This document shows, piece after piece, positions 25,180-39,869 of a DNA stretch of 64,000 bases. A program made the position numbers and the translations under genes. The notes beneath the pieces were generated by a model. It saw only the letters and a program-made list of their open reading frames with translations. It searched no databases and was not told the origin of the DNA. Source of the DNA: Octopus bimaculoides (Eukaryota); contig NC_068987.1 of NCBI RefSeq assembly GCF_001194135.2, forward strand, positions 92,845,604 to 92,909,603, in the 5' to 3' direction. Every line of letters begins with the position of its first letter. Position 1 is the first letter of the stretch.

Positions 25180-25799
25180 GGATATTATCAGCTGTGTGAA
25201 ATTCTTTGTCAAGGCTTCACAATCGGAAATGTCAAAGAGAACTGAAAGACTTCAGAGGTGGTAAGTCAAACGAATAACTTGGGGATATATATCATTAAAA
25301 ATGTCTTCGATGAGATGGATCGTAAGTAAAATATAAAAACACAAAGCATAAAATATAAAAACACACAAGTAAAACAAAAGTTGTTCTTTGTTTCTTTTTA
25401 GTTTTATGTAATAGCTAAGTGACATTGACCAAATATCTAATCGATAAAATATATTGAGAAATTGTTAAGATTACACTTAGAAACGCCTACAATTATTCTT
25501 TAAACAATCAGGGTTATTCATTTAAGCGGAATCGGCTGTATTATCTCGAATATATTCCCGATAGTAATGAGAAACAATTCAAACTATAAAAGTGTTCTAT
25601 CTACAGTATATTCTCGTAGTTCTAAAAGCTAATTATGTTTACTGTCACAATATGAAAACGGCACTGTGAATCAGCGGTGACAAACATGTCAAACAAACTG
25701 ATGACGAGAATCTAAACAATATTGATGAAGCCATAAGATCAAGGAGATAGACAAGTTTCACATAGCAAATCCGAGAAAACACACAACTGACAAGTCATT

Positions 25800-26170
25800 T
25801 AGTGATATTTTGATTCCTTTTCATTAGATATGTTCTACGGATGTCAGCATCAATATTCACCAGCCGCTTAAATGTTGTTGTTATTTTTATCACATAATAT
25901 CTTTTAAAAATCCTCATATCGCAATTCAAAATATATGGATCATTTGTGACGTTGGTGAATGCCGATGTTTGAAGGAAAATATAAAACATATGACACCAGC
26001 TCCGCTCTGATATAACAGATTTGATATATTTGAATGGAAGAAAAAAAATTGAAATAATATCGTCGCATGATTCGAGAATATTGCTGTCGTATTGCATATC
26101 TTATGCAATTATAAATCGCAAGCATCTAAAGAGTGCAGCCAACAGCGCTGCCGTGAAATTGTATTTGAAT
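25800..26170 (+). mobile_element. Very old RTE-like RT C-terminal remnant
   Basis: ICSTDVSINI, IYGSFVTLVNADV*RKI (LYGSETWTL-like), FDIFEW. Confidence 0.3.
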
Positions 26171-27149
26171 ATCGCCACATGCAAACTAATCATTTCTCAT
26201 CTAGTCTAATGATTTTTATATTATATTGAATATTGCTATATTCTTAACGAGAATGTTATCGACTCTGTTATGATATATGCCGTAATCAAACTGTGCAGTA
26301 TTTGAATTCCGAAAGGAGAAAGTCGGAAGTAAGGTGTGCGATGCATTTCTGAGCTAATCAAGCATTATATCTTGCAATAAACCAAATCAGAAAGTAGATA
26401 CAGAAGGTAGTTTGTAATTTACATTCAGTTCTATTAAATGTTTTTATAGATGCNNNNNNNNNNNNNNNNNNNNNNNNNNNNNNNNNNNNNNNNNNNNNNN
26501 NNNNNNNNNNNNNNNNNNNNNNNNNNNNNNNNNNNNNNNNNNNNNNNNNNNNNNNNNNNNNNNNNNNNNNNNNNNNNNNNNNNNNNNNNNNNNNNNNNNN
26601 NNNNNNNNNNNNNNNNNNNNNNNNNNNNNNNNNNNNNNNNNNNNNNNNNNNNNNNNNNNNNNNNNNNNNNNNNNNNNNNNNNNNNNNNNNNNNNNNNNNN
26701 NNNNNNNNNNNNNNNNNNNNNNNNNNNNNNNNNNNNNNNNNNNNNNNNNNNNNNNNNNNNNNNNNNNNNNNNNNNNNNNNNNNNNNNNNNNNNNNNNNNN
26801 NNNNNNNNNNNNNNNNNNNNNNNNNNNNNNNNNNNNNNNNNNNNNNNNNNNNNNNNNNNNNNNNNNNNNNNNNNNNNNNNNNNNNNNNNNNNNNNNNNNN
26901 NNNNNNNNNNNNNNNNNNNNNNNNNNNNNNNNNNNNNNNNNNNNNNNNNNNNNNNNNNNNNNNNNNNNNNNNNNNNNNNNNNNNNNNNNNNNNNNNNNNN
27001 NNNNNNNNNNNNNNNNNNNNNNNNNNNNNNNNNNNNNNNNNNNNNNNNNNNNNATGCCGGTGTAAAGGGAAGAGAGAGAATGGTAGAGGGAGAAACAGAG
27101 GGAGGAAGTAGAAGAATAGGTGAGCAACGAGAGGAAAAGAGAAAGAGAG

Positions 27150-27250
27150 GAAATACGAGGGGGGAAAAAGAGATACGTAGTAGTAACAGAGGAAGAACGA
27201 GAGGGGTAACGCAAGATACGTAGTAGTACAGAGGAAGAACGAGGGGGGGG
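27150..27250. repeat. Purine-rich about 45-bp direct duplication (agatacgtagtagtaacagaggaagaacgag)
   Basis: Two copies visible next to an N-gap. Confidence 0.75.
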
Positions 27251-27423
27251 AAGGAAAGAGAAAGAGATAGAGTAGCGTCGGAGGATATGAGTTACGAAAT
27301 GTCTGGATGTGTATATATATGGGCATTTTCATAGCATTGTTTGATTGCCTTGATAACTGACGAGATGCCAGAGCAGTTTAATACGGCAACCGAATAATTG
27401 TCACATATTGTATTACAGATATA

Positions 27424-27485
<62 letters not shown>

Positions 27486-28214
27486 NNNNNNNNNNNNNNN
27501 NNNNNNNNNNNNNNNNNNNNNNNNNNNNNNNNNNNNNNNNNNNNNNNNNNNNNNNNNNNNNNNNNNNNNNNNNNNNNNNNNNNNNNNNNNNNNNNNNNNN
27601 NNNNNNNNNNNNNNNNNNNNNNNNNNNNNNNNNNNNNNNNNNNNNNNNNNNNNNNNNNNNNNNNNNNNNNNNNNNNNNNNNNNNNNNNNNNNNNNNNNNN
27701 NNNNNNNNNNNNNNNNNNNNNNNNNNNNNNNNNNNNNNNNNNNNNNNNNNNNNNNNNNNNNNNNNNNNNNNNNNNNNNNNNNNNNNNNNNNNNNNNNNNN
27801 NNNNNNNNNNNNNNNNNNNNNNNNNNNNNNNNNNNNNNNNNNNNNNNNNNNNNNNNNNNNNNNNNNNNNNNNNNNNNNNNNNNNNNNNNNNNNNNNNNNN
27901 NNNNNNNNNNNNNNNNNNNNNNNNNNNNNNNNNNNNNNNNNNNNNNNNNNNNNNNNNNNNNNNNNNNNATAATAATAATATTAGGGACAAAATCCAAAAT
28001 TACAGGTAAAAACTCAATTAAAATCAATTTATAAAAAATTAAAATTAAATTAAGCCTTATTATATTTATTATTATTATTATTATACTATATTTATCTTAT
28101 GATATTTACTTTACTTTATATTATACTCATTTATTGTTCTTTTAATTATTAATTTTTCTATATGTGTATTTTCATCGATGAGTTCTTGAAAATTGGTTAT
28201 TTTCCCTAAAACTA

Positions 28215-28245
<31 letters not shown>

Positions 28246-29430
28246 ATTAAGCTCTGCTATCACATTTTAATTGAATACCTAAGCCGGTGCAACTATTTAG
28301 ATTTCCACTTCGTTTATCCACAGCCTTTTTGTCATTTAATAATATTGGACCAATAATTCCTACGTTATTGCCATTAATAGAATACAATAGAAAGCACGCC
28401 CGGTTTCTTCCATATTATCTGGCATTATGTCTGAAATGAAACTATTGTACTCCTACATTGCATTTTTGTAACAGCGAAAATATCTTGTGCTATGCTTAAC
28501 GGAAGCTAACCAAATATCATTCCAGTCTATTAATACAATGGGTTACGTTATAACAATTATGTCACTGGTATAGATGACAGTTTTCTAATTAATATGGGAT
28601 TTTAATACAGATGAGATTTGAAGAGGTCCTATATTACATATTTTAATGCACATGGATTCCTCTCCCGGTAGTCGTGCATTGAATAGTACATCATCATATC
28701 AACATATTTGTCATTGATCTTCAAGTGAAGAACTGGGAGGGGGTGACGAGCGTTTATAACCCCAAAAATGAACCGAGAGAAAGCTGTCCATAGAAGGCCA
28801 GATAGGAGAGAAAAGCGCTCATATAACCCCTGTCATATATCTCCACCTAACATTCCTGCCTCGTTTGAGTTCACAACTCACTGAACTAGATTGCCTACTC
28901 TTGTACTTTCTCTGGAAGGGACATGTTCATCCAACTGGGAATGCTAGTTTATCCGTTTGGTTGTATTAGCAAAACACGTTGTGTGGTGGACCAGCCTAAA
29001 GGAGGACGTTTTTTGGCAAAGTCCCGTCAATATTTTCATGTTTTGCTTGAAAAAGGAAATGAGTGCGGATGAAAAAGGTGATAGTTGTCAGAGTGGACGT
29101 GTCTTCTCTTAGTTTGCTGGAAGAGGAGAAAGAGGAGGAGGCGGGGGGGGGAGGAGGAGGAGGATTTTGCTCTAACTGCCTGCGCGACTATTTTCCTTTG
29201 GGGGTTTCCATGCGCTGCTTTTGGATTCTACACATCTTTTGGGGGAGTCATTTGGCTCATTTATTTTATTTTAGTTAAGTCTTTATACACTTTCATTGTA
29301 TTGCACTGAACCTAGATGTACCATCATGGCTTCTTTCGCAAAAACTTCGTTGTTAATGAAATCTTTATTGTTACTAGTTTTAGTTTTAGCATTATTACTA
29401 TTACTATGACTAATATTACAATTATTAGAT

Positions 29431-29632
29431 CAGCAGCAATCTGTTACAATCGTGAGCTCGCCGGGTAAAATGCTTAGGAGTATTTCGTCCATCTTTACGT
29501 TCTGAGTTCAAACACCGCCAGGATCGACTTACATCCTTTCGGGGTAAATGCCAACTGAGCGGTGGGGGGTCGATGTTATCAGCTTGCCCCCTCCACACAT
29601 ATAACTGACTGCGTGTCAAAATTTGAAACCAA
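29431..29632 (+). mobile_element. SINE family A copy
   Basis: tRNA-like head with 'gttctgagttcaaacaccgcc' B-box region, 'catcctttcgggg', tail 'tcaaaatttgaaacc'. Confidence 0.85.
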
Positions 29633-29799
29633 TATTACCATTATTATACTTACTATTACAGTTGTTACTTGTACTTCTAGTGCCACCATAATCCTCATCG
29701 CTTTCGTAATCATCCGCACCACAGCTAGTCAAAACTTCCATGAGAACCATCTTCAAAGAGCTGTGTTATATAACTGTGTAGAAATACTGTGGCGTGCGT

Positions 29800-30260
29800 C
29801 GCTGGCTCATATGTACTAACGTCAGGTTACTCTGTCCGATGCACTGTCACATCTGGCGAGGTAAAGCATATCAGGTGGTAGTATTTACACTAAAAACTAG
29901 GGCAGGAACGGCGGCAACGGTCAACAGCAAATGTAGAAGCGTCACAAAAAGTCTAACGAATAGGTGTCCGTGACTGAAGGTCGGGCACACTATACTACTT
30001 CATGAATCGCAGCGAGCAGTCATGGGTGACTGCTCTATTTACCGTTCGTTTTCTAAATGCAAGTGATTGTTTTTCAGGTGAGAAAACTGAAGCTATGGAA
30101 AAAGTTCGAAGTCGCTGACCAGATTTGCTGGAGTTCTTTGTTTGCCTCATGTGTCGTTCATTGCGAGGGCGCATAAGTCTACCTAATGAAGATGAAGATT
30201 ACCTGCTTAAGGACAATGAGAACATTATTGATTTGAAGAACACATTCCAGATCATATTTA
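29800..30260 (+). mobile_element. Possible hAT (Buster/Charlie-like) transposase remnant
   Basis: HIWRGKAYQVVVFTL (RWLSRG-VL-like), RKLKLWKK, IIDLKNTFQIIF (I--HL--L---F--YF-like) in the expected order across frameshifts. Confidence 0.35.
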
Positions 30261-33200
30261 TCATGATGTTAACGATTAAAATTTTGCATAAAATTCATAT
30301 TGTCTAATTGACACATAAGCTGTGCTATAATTGGTAGCACGTCTTAAATTAGAAAGTCCTCTTCTGCAATTAAGGGATAACAAATATCATCTAATTTTAA
30401 AACAACCTCTTAAACATTCGGAATGCAATGAAGCCCCGCTCAAAATGCTTCAATCCTCAATATTTCTGTTCCATTATTTTTTGTATTGCTTCTATTAATC
30501 TTTTAGTTTTAAAATTAATTGTATGGGTTCTTGTTATATTTGAAAAAAAAATTAGTTTAATCTTTCTCCGATCTACCTCATTATTAGAGAGGATAATGCA
30601 TCATACACCATGTTCAGAACTCAAAACACCTACCAACGCCTCTAATGCTAAATCTGCCCCACACAGACACACACCCAGAATTAATTGGTATTTGATTCTA
30701 GTGCGCATTTTATGATCTCTTTTCAATTTTGAAAGACAATCAAAACTGAAATAACCTTTACAACAAATTTACTTCGGAGTTCTTCGTGTAATTCTGTTGA
30801 TGGAGCATGGCTATAGATATTATCCATGAACTATTCTTTCTGCTTCCCCTGAATATGTCAGTGAATTAGATTTTAATGAGGCACTAAGGACATGATAATA
30901 AACTGATTTCTATTGATAATACAGTCTTATCAGAAAACAATTTTCATTGACAGAATAGACTTCCACATATATGCTCCCCACAGTATTCTTGAAAATAAAC
31001 AGATTAATACATTTTCTGTAATTTTGATATTACCAATCTTTTTGCATATTTTCCTGCCGCAAGGAAGTAAACCGTTTCATTATTAGGTTGTAGTATGCAG
31101 TAGAATAATAAAAACAAAGAAATGAAATAAGTGAAGATGTTTTCATAAACTCCACAGTAAGCTAACTCGTTTGGTTACTTTATCTCAACCATACACACAT
31201 ATTTTACTCAATTTTGACAAAAATGAATGATTATTCACTTATTGAAATAATACTACAAAAGTCAAAATATATAGCTCTTTCGCGTTACCATTTGCGTGCT
31301 AAATTTCATATAGCATACTTAAATTATGAAAAACAAAATCGCCATAAAAAAACCCAGTGTAATATTAAATTGGTTATTTCCATTAAGCACACCTAATATA
31401 AATTCAACCACATTTGTCTTTTATCTTTCATTCACTCGCTCGTTTCATAACTAATACTACCGTTGTTTATCGACAAATATTCAAATGTGGATATATCTTC
31501 ATTACCCATTATAATATTTCTGTAGTATTCCCAGCCTCTCGAACAACACTTTTCTATTGAGGCGGGTTTATGAATTATTACCTACACAGCAGCTCGCAAC
31601 ATATACACAATTAGTAAAAGTATTGATCCTGACTAATTTTTTCCAACTGGAATTTAGAAAATTAGCAATTTCTCAGAAGCATTTTAATCCCAAACTTTTC
31701 AGTATTTGACAAAAAATAATACAAGATCAAATTTCAGTCTCATTTAAATTTTTGAGTTCTTAACTTGTTAAATGCTTGAACAAATATTCAGAGTGTAATC
31801 TAGTTTCAAATTTAAACTTAATGTTGCGAGTTTCCATCAAAATAATACATACTGCTAAACAATATACAACCTAGCTGACTCCATTAATTGAATTATAAGT
31901 TACTGAGGCCAATGCAAAATTTATTGTAATTATTTGGTATATTCTTGGCTATAATTAGTTTGCTGTTCCAAAACATGTATGTTTGATGCATCACTTATAA
32001 CTAATAAATGATCTGCTATTTCGATACAAAGTTTGCACCAGAATTGATGTTAGTATATGGCAAACTCTAGATAATAAACAATCATTTCATACCTTATTCG
32101 TTAATTATAGGTTGCACCAATAATTTGCTAAACTATAATTTGCACTACATTAGCGTCTATTGATTTTAAACTAAAATATGAAAATATAATTATTTTTACT
32201 GTATGTTTATTCACTCATATTGCAGATAAGTAGCTTAAAAAAAATATACGATTTCATTGCTGAACACCAGTTTGATGTCCTTGAAAAAAGTTAGGGAAAA
32301 TAATTTTCCTTTATATTATAACATATCTTCATCCCAAACTGAAATATTCTTTTCCTTCCAAAAACGTCCTAATCTTTGATAAGGTATCTTACTCAGTAGA
32401 TTTAAGCATTTTATTACATTACTCATCATCTGACGTGACTAATTCTCCATCACCATTTGGAATCACTGGTTGTTTGCATGGATGAGATAGATCAATTAGC
32501 AGTAACAGCAACAAGGACTCGTAAACCCAAGAATGATTCAAATGAAATGGCCTTCAAAATCTATACAAATATACGTAGTAACGCGAGCTTCGTTGCACTT
32601 TTCGTAAATGACTATTATTTAAATATACTAGATTATGAATATAAAACGAGTCGTGAGGGTGGTGAAAATTGCCGATGGCACATACCATTCTGGCGCAGGA
32701 AATGGTAATTTAAGATGTTTTTATTATATTATTGGATTAAAGAATTTATTGATTTCAACCAAGTGTAAGGAGTTCCTATACTATAAGACTACTGCAATAC
32801 ACTGTCCTACGGATAGCAATGCATTTGTGATGTATTTTTGCCATTTGATATCGTCTTTCCTTAGCAGACACTTAACTGAAATATATGGAAGAAGACTTCA
32901 AACGCACATTCGCCAATTTATCAGAAGTACCAGCAGAAAAATGATATATCTGTGAAATGCCGATGAAAGTACTGAATATCTGTGCTAAAGGAAAATTGCT
33001 GAAACTATGTGTCTTTTCTCTGTTTTTCATTTTTTGTTTATCAGAACATTATTCAAACACGTAATATTTCACTTTTGTCTTGTTTATGCATGTTGCAGAT
33101 AGCTGCAATCTAAGTTCTTCATGCAGGGTACAGTGAAATATTGATACGCCATAATAGAAATAACTGATATTGAATATTGTTACATGCAAAAAAAAAACAA

Positions 33201-33439
33201 CTATACCCATCTGTTACAAATATATGACGTTCTGCTGATATAAGAATCCAATATCAGATGAATATTATATATATTTACGCAGCAATCAATTTTACATTGG
33301 TGACCAATATTAAAATGTTGATAATTTCATTTATATTTACTAATTTATATTAGAGTGAAGAAACAGATGTCATTGCACTTCACTAAAGATGCAGATGTGC
33401 ATATACACTTTCGCAGGAAATGATAGCTTGATTGGAATA

Positions 33440-34400
33440 ATTCCCTCTTCCTGAGAGAATGTTTTGTGGGCCGTGAAGGTGATTTTCAGAAGGAAGGTTG
33501 CCAAATGACGGAGTAATGCTGAAGGGTTATATGTACCCAAAGAGAAAACATCTGAGAATACGGACGAATTGGCTATCATCTTATTCAGGTTAGAGAGAAG
33601 GCACACAGAGAGAAGGCACACCTTGCTTGCCGGGAACACACACGCGTGGTGACAGAGCACATAAACAAAACATCATAGAAAAACGATTTGGTAGCGGTGT
33701 GACTTGAACTTGTAATGCCTACGGTTCGATGTCACTTAGACCGCTTAAACTCTAACATCATGGATACTGTGTTTCTCATTACGTAAAAGAGCTGCAAAGC
33801 CCAATGGCATGATTTTCCAGAAAAATCACCAATAATCCTGCTCCAAGGTGAAGACAGATTAGATTCCGTCTACCACACAGAATTCAGTGAAAAGTATACA
33901 GAATTTCTTCAGCTGCAATGTCGAAGATAGTGACTCAGTGAAATCGCCATGAGCAAATCTGGAAACAGATTTGGACGCTGGCTGAAGTCTGTAGACATCA
34001 CTAGACTACAATAAACTTTGTAGGGTTAGGTTTACCAGAAAATGATCCTCTCAAGAATACATTGGTCCCTGAATGATTATTCATTTCGCATGAGAGTTGT
34101 AGAGTGAAGAGTGAGCAGCCCCATTCGCAGATATCTGTGCTTGCCTCAAGGTTTCATCCACATCTGGCAGTGTGACAGCAGCATCAATCTCAGATTTCCA
34201 TTTAATTTTGTTAGGGATGAAGAATTATTGCTACAGTGGAGAACAAAACCAAATGTGATGCAACAGTTGATACACAGCAAAGTATCTGGTGCAGGCATCT
34301 CAAGGAGAAAAATGATGATAGAAAAAGAACAAATGCAGTCAAGCAAGTAGTGGAGCGGCTGAAAAGCAAGTACGTACTCGGGTCGAGCGCTACTCCGGAA
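33440..34400 (+). mobile_element. HERO/NeSL-like RLE non-LTR retrotransposon remnant
   Basis: LWAVKVIFRRKVAK*RSNAEGLYVPKEK (W--AEG-YIPKE motif), LSRIHWSLNDY (LPRL-WPL--Y), RRYLCLPQGF, KVSGAG, AVKQVVERLK; matches remembered HERO-family motifs in order. Confidence 0.6.
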
Positions 34401-34446
34401 ATACTCCTACTACACACCCAACTGACATCAGCCATTTCCTCTATAC

Positions 34447-34560
<114 letters not shown>

Positions 34561-35286
34561 GAAAGAGACTGAGAGAGATGTAAATATATTTTGATTTAAG
34601 TCCACAACCCAGGTATCTCAAATTTCCTGGGATTTACCTCAGGTTCGCATCGATGTATATCACTGTTATGGAAATTTGAACTGAATTTTGATGAGCTCTT
34701 TAATTCCATTGCATATAAATAATATTCCTGGTTCTCCCTGTTGTATGTTAAATGTTTCCAAAAGAAACAAACCTAAAAAGGTAGGTATGCATATTCTCAT
34801 AGCAGACAGACTCAGGTGCGTAAAATTGTGTGTATTGAAATATACAATTTACATTCGCCTAACCATCTCTTGGTATAGGACACCGTAGTCTTGTATTATT
34901 GTAGCAGATAGTGAAAACTGATTTACAAGATTTATACTCATAAAATGACCAGTTACTCATTTCACAAATGTAATTCGTGCACAATCGATAAGAAATACAC
35001 GGGGAAGCAGACAGATTCACAAATTTAGAAGCAAGATTAGCAAAACATATAAATATAATAATAAAGTTAAGCTATCTACGATGTATGTTAGACTAGCACA
35101 TATTTTTTTTATAACATAAATGCGCAAACATTAAACCGTAGACATGGAGGAGGAAAGACAGTGAAGAATATAAATATAGATATATTTAATTGCTGCATCG
35201 TCTATTTTGATATTAGCCAAATGAACCTGCGTATGTTTAACAAACACGCACACACATATACACACACACAAACACAGATAGGTGCA

Positions 35287-35357
<71 letters not shown>

Positions 35358-36349
35358 NNNNNNNNNNNNNNNNNNNNNNNNNNNNNNNNNNNNNNNNNNN
35401 NNNNNNNNNNNNNNNNNNNNNNNNNNNNNNNNNNNNNNNNNNNNNNNNNNNNNNNNNNNNNNNNNNNNNNNNNNNNNNNNNNNNNNNNNNNNNNNNNNNN
35501 NNNNNNNNNNNNNNNNNNNNNNNNNNNNNNNNNNNNNNNNNNNNNNNNNNNNNNNNNNNNNNNNNNNNNNNNNNNNNNNNNNNNNNNNNNNNNNNNNNNN
35601 NNNNNNNNNNNNNNNNNNNNNNNNNNNNNNNNNNNNNNNNNNNNNNNNNNNNNNTCGTAAAATCCATGGTTTAGAGATAAAAGGAATCCATGAAAGGAAC
35701 AAAAAAAAAAAAATAGAATGCAGCACCACAATCATAATGTGAGCAGAAGATATAGTAGAAAGCAAATATCTATAAACAACACAAACATTTCCACACACAC
35801 ACACACACTTGTATGCACATAAATGCATGTAAATTTCCAACTATCATATAAAACCAATATTGATAATCGTATATGGCGCGTCAGTGTAAAATATAAACGA
35901 TGCCATCCATTGGTATGACGAGAATAAGGTTTCGAAATTTCACTACAGATTTTTACATCCCATTGTTTGAAATGCACAACCTACAATATGTGGTTTTGAC
36001 TAATATTCCAACTGAAATATGGTTACCCGTCTGGAAAATCTTATATCCTAAATTACGTCTGGCTCTCGGTGATGGATCGATTGAGTCATGAATGGTTGTA
36101 TATTAATCCAAAGTATAGACACAGGTACGTCTATAAGCCTCCAATTTGACTTTTAGGAAAGGTTTTTATTCCCGGTCTTCTAGATAGTGGTATCATCCAA
36201 TAATTGCAATATCCTCCAACTTACACATAATAGCAAGCAATTTATTGTTTTTCTTCGGAACCATAGAAATGATTTGGTCGCCACTGCAGAGGGCATATTC
36301 TCAAGCTTAGCATTCTATACGCAATCTGCTTCTGCTTGAAATATTTTCT

Positions 36350-36930
36350 CATTTTTAATTTCATTCCCAACCGCAACGGTCTGCAACACTTATACATCGT
36401 CCAGTACCACAACATATGCTAGGAAATTTTCTAATGGTTGTCGGATACATCAGATACGTAGTCACAACAATGAGACGAGATTTCCCGACATTCTTAAAGC
36501 TGCAAAGAGACGCTGCTGAACCTATACCTTTCGTGGTTTGCCCCGCGTCTTCGCCTCTCAAACATCTGAATCTGCACCTCTTTCGCTTGCTCAGACGTAC
36601 GTATCAGCTACATTTTCTGGTCTGTACATATAGTCTTCTTGTCTTCATTTTCTGCGCAAACTGCAATACTGGATCATTTGTGTGACCTTAATAAGTCATC
36701 AGAATTTTTTTCTTGGGAGAGATACAGACCCAGAACATATCATTGCACGTAATGTGAACCTCGACCAACTGTACAGATTGTGCTATTTGCGGCTGTTTTC
36801 ACTTAAGTTTAGCTGTTTTAGATGATGATGTACCGTAAACATTTCCAGCAGCTATCTTTTGTCTGTTTTAGTGAGGTTTTTACGGTTGTTCCACGTCAGT
36901 TAGACCCAATGCATGTGTATTCGCTAGTGT
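36350..36930 (-). mobile_element. Decayed RTE LINE C-terminal region
   Basis: Minus: CWKCLRYII, RGKPRKV*V, VADRCGW. Confidence 0.45.
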
Positions 36931-37479
36931 TTCCCTGTGTGCCCGTGCCTGTGTCAATAAGAGAGGACAGAAGGGGAAAATAAGGGAGAGAATTAGAATT
37001 GAAATATTTCCCGGCTAGTGAGTATTGATTCTGTAGTTGTTGTTATTGTTGTTAGTGTCATTGTTGATATTATTGATTTTGTTGTTGTCAGAACTGCAGC
37101 TACAATTGTCTATGCTGTAGCTACAGTTGTCTACGGTTGTTACCTTCACTGCTAATGCTGCTTTTACGTCTAATTGGTGCTGTTGTTGGTGGTGGATGTC
37201 GTGTATGCTATTGACAAAATTCATTTAAGTGATTTACAACACCGTGCAACTGGTATTTTAGCCTTCTCTCCTCAACGTCTGCATGTAATGCAACGCTCTA
37301 TCTTATACATATCTACCGGTTCGATCTGGAGAACGTTTTACCCTGTGATTTCAAATCAAATTCCTACTCAGTTTGTTATATACTGAATATTGTGTCATTA
37401 CATTCCAGCACAACACAAGCGAAGACCACAAGCTATCCATCCTTCGTGGAACACACTCAAGCTTAACGTTACATATCCT

Positions 37480-37720
37480 CCTTTCTAAGATATATTGAAT
37501 AAAATATGAATTTCTTGTAACCTATGTGATCTTTGTAGAGCCTCAACAAATGCGATCCTCTCCTGAGAAGGACACGCATTGTCCCGAAACGCCTTGCCCT
37601 TATCGAATGCTCTATCCCCTTCCCATATATCTTTCAGGGGTCTTTTCAAATCAGAATGTCCTTTTGTTTCTATGTGTGTATTTGCTGTCACGCACTGATA
37701 CAGCACCGTATTCCGAGCAG
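37480..37720 (-). mobile_element. Possible RTE RT remnant
   Basis: Minus ORF LYQCVTA...GHS...KAFRDNACPSQ loosely follows the domain 3-4 pattern. Confidence 0.25.
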
Positions 37721-38569
37721 AGGTGCCAAATTTGCCGCTGTATTTTCAAATTCGATTTCATATTTTGTGCTAATTAGTTAGATGAACCTTCTCCTTGTTC
37801 TATAGGAGGAGGGGGAAGTATTTTCTCACTTCGCTGCCATACCAGTGGATTATTGCCTTATTGTGATTTCTCCTCACTACTTATTTTTTTCTCATCGTTT
37901 TTTTTATTCTTGTAGCTTCTGTTATTGTTTTTGCTGCTGATGATGATCTTGCTACAGTTTCTCCTGCTGTTGTTTTTCTTATTGCTGCTGTTGTCTTGTT
38001 TTAGTTCCTAGTGTTGAATTTATTGTTGTTACTAGTGTTGTTCTTGTCGTTGTTTTCTCGTATTTCTTTGTTTCCTACCACTACTCGCCATGGCAAACAA
38101 TTCGCCAATGATTGAGGTGTGGCAAGAGGAATAGCCACTATTCAATGTCTCTGCCTAAGGAGGTATTCCCTTATCTGGCACTGCATATAATATAGCTGAC
38201 GTGATTCTTTATTTGACCATGATATTAATCCTTAAAATTTTACGATTTCGTGAATTTCCTTCTTGTTACAGAGGTGCCTTGTATGATTTAGATTTAATCA
38301 CACTGACTTCATAAAAAGTTATAGGAGTCCTTATTGAAAAAAACGTCTAAGCATTTGAAAGCAAATTCAAAGTATTTCCAATAGAACAAACAAATATTTT
38401 ACCAGCGGAAATGAAGCACCTCCAACACAGAGCAATCACAGCAATAGCAACTACATGAAGAATCGTTCCAAATGTTGCTGCAAAGCAAGCCGTTTTTGCG
38501 GCAGGGGTAAGACAATGATATTGTCTCCAGTTTCCAAATGGTACTTATAGATTAGATGTGCAGAGCATT

Positions 38570-38680
<111 letters not shown>

Positions 38681-39869
38681 GTGATGGTTTCTATGATGTA
38701 GGCAGCTACATATTCATCAAATCAAAGTAAGTACAACTCATATGGTTACTATCAACATAAATAGATACAGTATTTACTACATCAGATATTTGAATTTTAT
38801 AAAACATATGGTGCAATATGTAATTCCCATCAAAACTGTAGAGTTAAGGTCAGACCAATTTGGAAATTTCGTTCACACACACATTCTCACACGAATGCAT
38901 ACAGTCATTCCTATTTTCTTCAATGTGTCAGTCAATTTTAAATCTATGCATTATACCAGTAATCAACTTGCAAATTGAGTCTTATTTACAAATAATGTTG
39001 TTTGATTCTTTTATTTAATAAAGTTTTATTTTCACACTAGACTTTGTTTCACTGTGTGAATTTGACGTAATTTATTCTTTAGGGAATGTAGGTAACATAC
39101 CAATATTAGTCTGTATTTCAACACCGCCACATTTCTTGCTTGTAATCATATTACACGTGAAGTAATCAATCTGTGAATATATGGTATTTATATGTTTCTC
39201 AAAAAAGTGTAGATAAACAGCAGCTTTGCTAATTGTTATCGGGAAAGTCATTTGAATTATACATTTGTCTGACAACTTTTATCTTAAAATCCTACATACA
39301 TAAGATTTCAAACTTACAAACGAGTAACAAACGAAATGGATATACTTCCGAATATAGAAGAGAATTACAAGGAGTGTTCAATAACTGCGTAATGTGAAAG
39401 AAAGCGACGACTCACTCAAAGAAAGTCAACTATGAAAAATGCAAGATTTTTGTGGTTATTTGACTATACATATGTGTGTGTGTGTGCCTATGTATATGTA
39501 TGTATGTATGTATGTATATATGTATGTATGTATGTATGTATCTAACCATATATATATATATATATATATANNNNNNNNNNNNNNNNNNNNNNNNNNNNNN
39601 NNNNNNNNNNNNNNNNNNNNNNNNNNNNNNNNNNNNNNNNNNNNNNNNNNNNNNNNNNNNNNNNNNNNNNNNNNNNNNNNNNNNNNNNNNNNNNNNNNNN
39701 NNNNNNNNNNNNNNNNNNNNNNNNNNNNNNNNNNNNNNNNNNNNNNNNNNNNNNNNNNNNNNNNNNNNNNNNNNNNNNNNNNNNNNNNNNNNNNNNNNNN
39801 NATTAGCGTGTGTATATGTAAATATATAAAAACAAAAAGATAAAGAGAGCAAAGGTAAGGTTGAAGAAT

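Noticed and set aside
20087-28034. Long ORFs of 200-324 aa in the track (also near 8 kb, 35 kb, 39.5 kb, 55.5 kb and 63.5 kb)
   Set aside because: They are open only because they run through N-gaps.
28279-28430. Minus-strand exon with a tttcag acceptor
   Set aside because: All three frames contain stops before the candidate donor at 28278.
32457-32708. Walker-B-like LVVCMDEIDQLA ORF (AAA ATPase exon)
   Set aside because: Starts at TTG, no Walker A or supporting splice structure, and the rest is uninformative; likely chance.
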